A stretch of 64,000 nucleotides of DNA, taken from Eledone cirrhosa. Taxonomy: Eukaryota. The notes beneath the pieces were generated by a model. The model saw only the letters and a list, made by a program, of their open reading frames with translations, was not told the DNA's origin and did not search any database. Below, one piece after another: positions 61,886-64,000 of the stretch. The stretch lies in contig OZ024740.1 in the NCBI GenBank assembly GCA_964016885.1, forward strand, positions 201,562,001 through 201,626,000. The letters run 5' to 3'. The number at the start of each line of letters is the position of its first letter. The first letter of the stretch is position 1. A program made the translations under genes and the position numbers.

Positions 61886-63734
61886 CATGTATGTGTGTTG
61901 TTTACATCAGCACCACTTTTTTCAGTTGATGTTATTTGTTTATGTGCCATAAATAAAGATCAATAAAATAATAACCAAACTTTAATCAAAGGTACATACT
62001 ATGATGGAAATACTCAAACCCATAAAAGCAGTGGCTGCAGTCTAGTGCCTGAAACCAGTAAAACAATAAAAGAATTGTTGAAAACTTCTTGAAAACAGCC
62101 ATTGAAATTTGCATGTTTAATTCATCATCATCGTTTAACATCCATTTTACATGCTAGCATGGGTAGGACGGGCTGTCCTTTTGTGAGAGATCAGAACAGA
62201 GGACTGTGTTTCGTTCACACAGGAATGATTTTGGCTTGGTTTCTAAGGCTGGGTGCTTTTTGTCTTGACACATACATGACCACTTTATAGTGAGGGCTGG
62301 ACACTTTTGTTGTGGCTCCAGAGAGACCACTTGATTACAAGAATTATGTAAATGTATTGCCAGCATGTAATTAAGGCAACAAATTAGCAGTCATTAGAGT
62401 GTTAGATTAAATGACTTGATATTTGTTCCAGCCCTCTGCAGTCTGAGTCCAAATCCCATCAACGACAACTTTGCTTTACCTCCTTTTTGAGGGTCAATAA
62501 ATACAGGCCTACTGTTGGAAGTATTTGGCCTAAGAACATGTGATCATAAATATTCTCAAATACCAATAGAAGGCAGTTCATGGTGGTTGATACTCTGATG
62601 TAAGTGGAAATAAGGAGTAGAAAATAATCAAAAGACTTCAATGGGAAAGATGCCAAATATAAAACAGACCAGATATAGTTAACCCTTTACCATTTACATT
62701 ACTCTATATTTACTATTGTATTTTCAAGGCAAACATAATACTGAATCTATGAGATTTTGATATTTATTTTGACAACAATACCTTAACATAAGTATGGGCA
62801 ACCATTTTAAACAGAAAGAGGTGAGAGAATTCTACCCGGATACGGCCAGTTTAACCCTTTAGCATTTGCATTATTCTGTATATACTGCTGTATTTTCACA
62901 GTAAAAGCTTTACCTCACATACTTATCTCACATAATATCGAATCTATGAGATTTTGATATTATCTATTTTGAGAACGATACCTTAACGTTGGTATGAGTG
63001 GCCAGTTACAGCAGGTTTGAACAGAAAGAGGTGAGAGAATTCTGGCCAGAGACGGACGGTTTAAATGCTAAAGGGTAAGATCCATCTAGAAATGTCATCA
63101 GTTAATCTCTTAGCATGGAAGTAAAAGCATAAATAACATAAAATCTAATAAACCACATAACCAGGTTAATTATAATGAAAGTAAATGTCTAAATGAATTT
63201 TTTTAATACAATAATTATTTTATTAAATATTTCTCATAATTTCCTTTGCCCTCACCATACAGAGAAAATATAGAAGCAATAAAATTAATCAAATAACTTT
63301 AATTTAAGCAACCTTTGCAAGAATTCAATAATGGCAATAGTGGTTATAGCAACAGCTGATTAGTACTTTAGAGATAATGAAAGAAAACAAGCTCGTTATC
63401 TTGTCCTTTAACTAATTACTATGTCTACTATGTATGAAGCTCCATAACAAGACATTCAAGTAGATATCAGTTATTTTCTTACTAATGATGTCCCACAATT
63501 ATTCTGTTTAATACTGATGTCCTAAATAGGTTTAAACTAGCTATACTCTGGTTCCTATCACATTATCTTGACATTCAGTTCAAATATTTTTTTATGGAGA
63601 ATATATATATATTAGTGAATTTGGTTTTTCTCTCTGTCACTGCTAGAACCAGAGGATGGCGATGGTCATCTAAAACACAGTATAATGAGGTTGTTTGCTT
63701 GAAAAAAAATCAAATATTATTATTATTCAATATA

Positions 63735-63928
63735 AACGGTGGATTGGCAGTATTGGTAGAGTGTCGGATGCCATGCTTTGGCGCATAGAGTTACGGCCCT
63801 TGCCATTCTGAGTTCAAATCCCACCGAGGTTAACTTTGCCTTTCATCCTTACGGGGTCGATAAAATAAAGTACCAGTAATACACTGGGTAATTGCTGGCC
63901 TTGTGCCTAACGTAGAAACAATTATTAT
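63735..63928 (+). mobile_element. Full-length family-B SINE
   Basis: Head, box B, centre and AAACAATTATTATT tail as in the other copies. Confidence 0.82.
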
Positions 63929-64000
63929 TCAACATAAAATTCACGAAGGCATATTATGGTTATGCCAAAATAAAATGTACTCAGTACACACTGTAGTATG

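Overview
Eukaryotic, AT-rich, repeat-dense genomic DNA. The SINE/LINE/microsatellite landscape suggests an octopus-like coleoid cephalopod (inference). The window appears to be almost entirely intronic within a minus-strand PDZ-RhoGEF gene (RhoGEF2/ARHGEF11-12 family), of which two coding exons are recognisable (39375-39493 and 22402-22482). The introns hold fragments of CRE-like, Penelope-like (GIY-YIG), RTE, L1/Tx1 and R4/Dong retroelements, two tRNA-derived SINE families, hAT- and piggyBac-type MITEs, non-autonomous Helitrons and several minisatellites. The most striking structure is a ~5.4-kb array (8575-13990) of near-identical, highly structured, non-coding 310-bp units, split into two inverted arms. 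Each unit carries a minimal type I hammerhead ribozyme (17 complete copies) with a palindromic stem III that should only fold as a dimer, as in retrozymes and Penelope pseudo-LTRs. At least three other hammerhead motifs lie elsewhere in the window, one directly downstream of a Penelope endonuclease ORF. Coordinates were counted by hand, and element boundaries are approximate unless a TSD or splice site is given.
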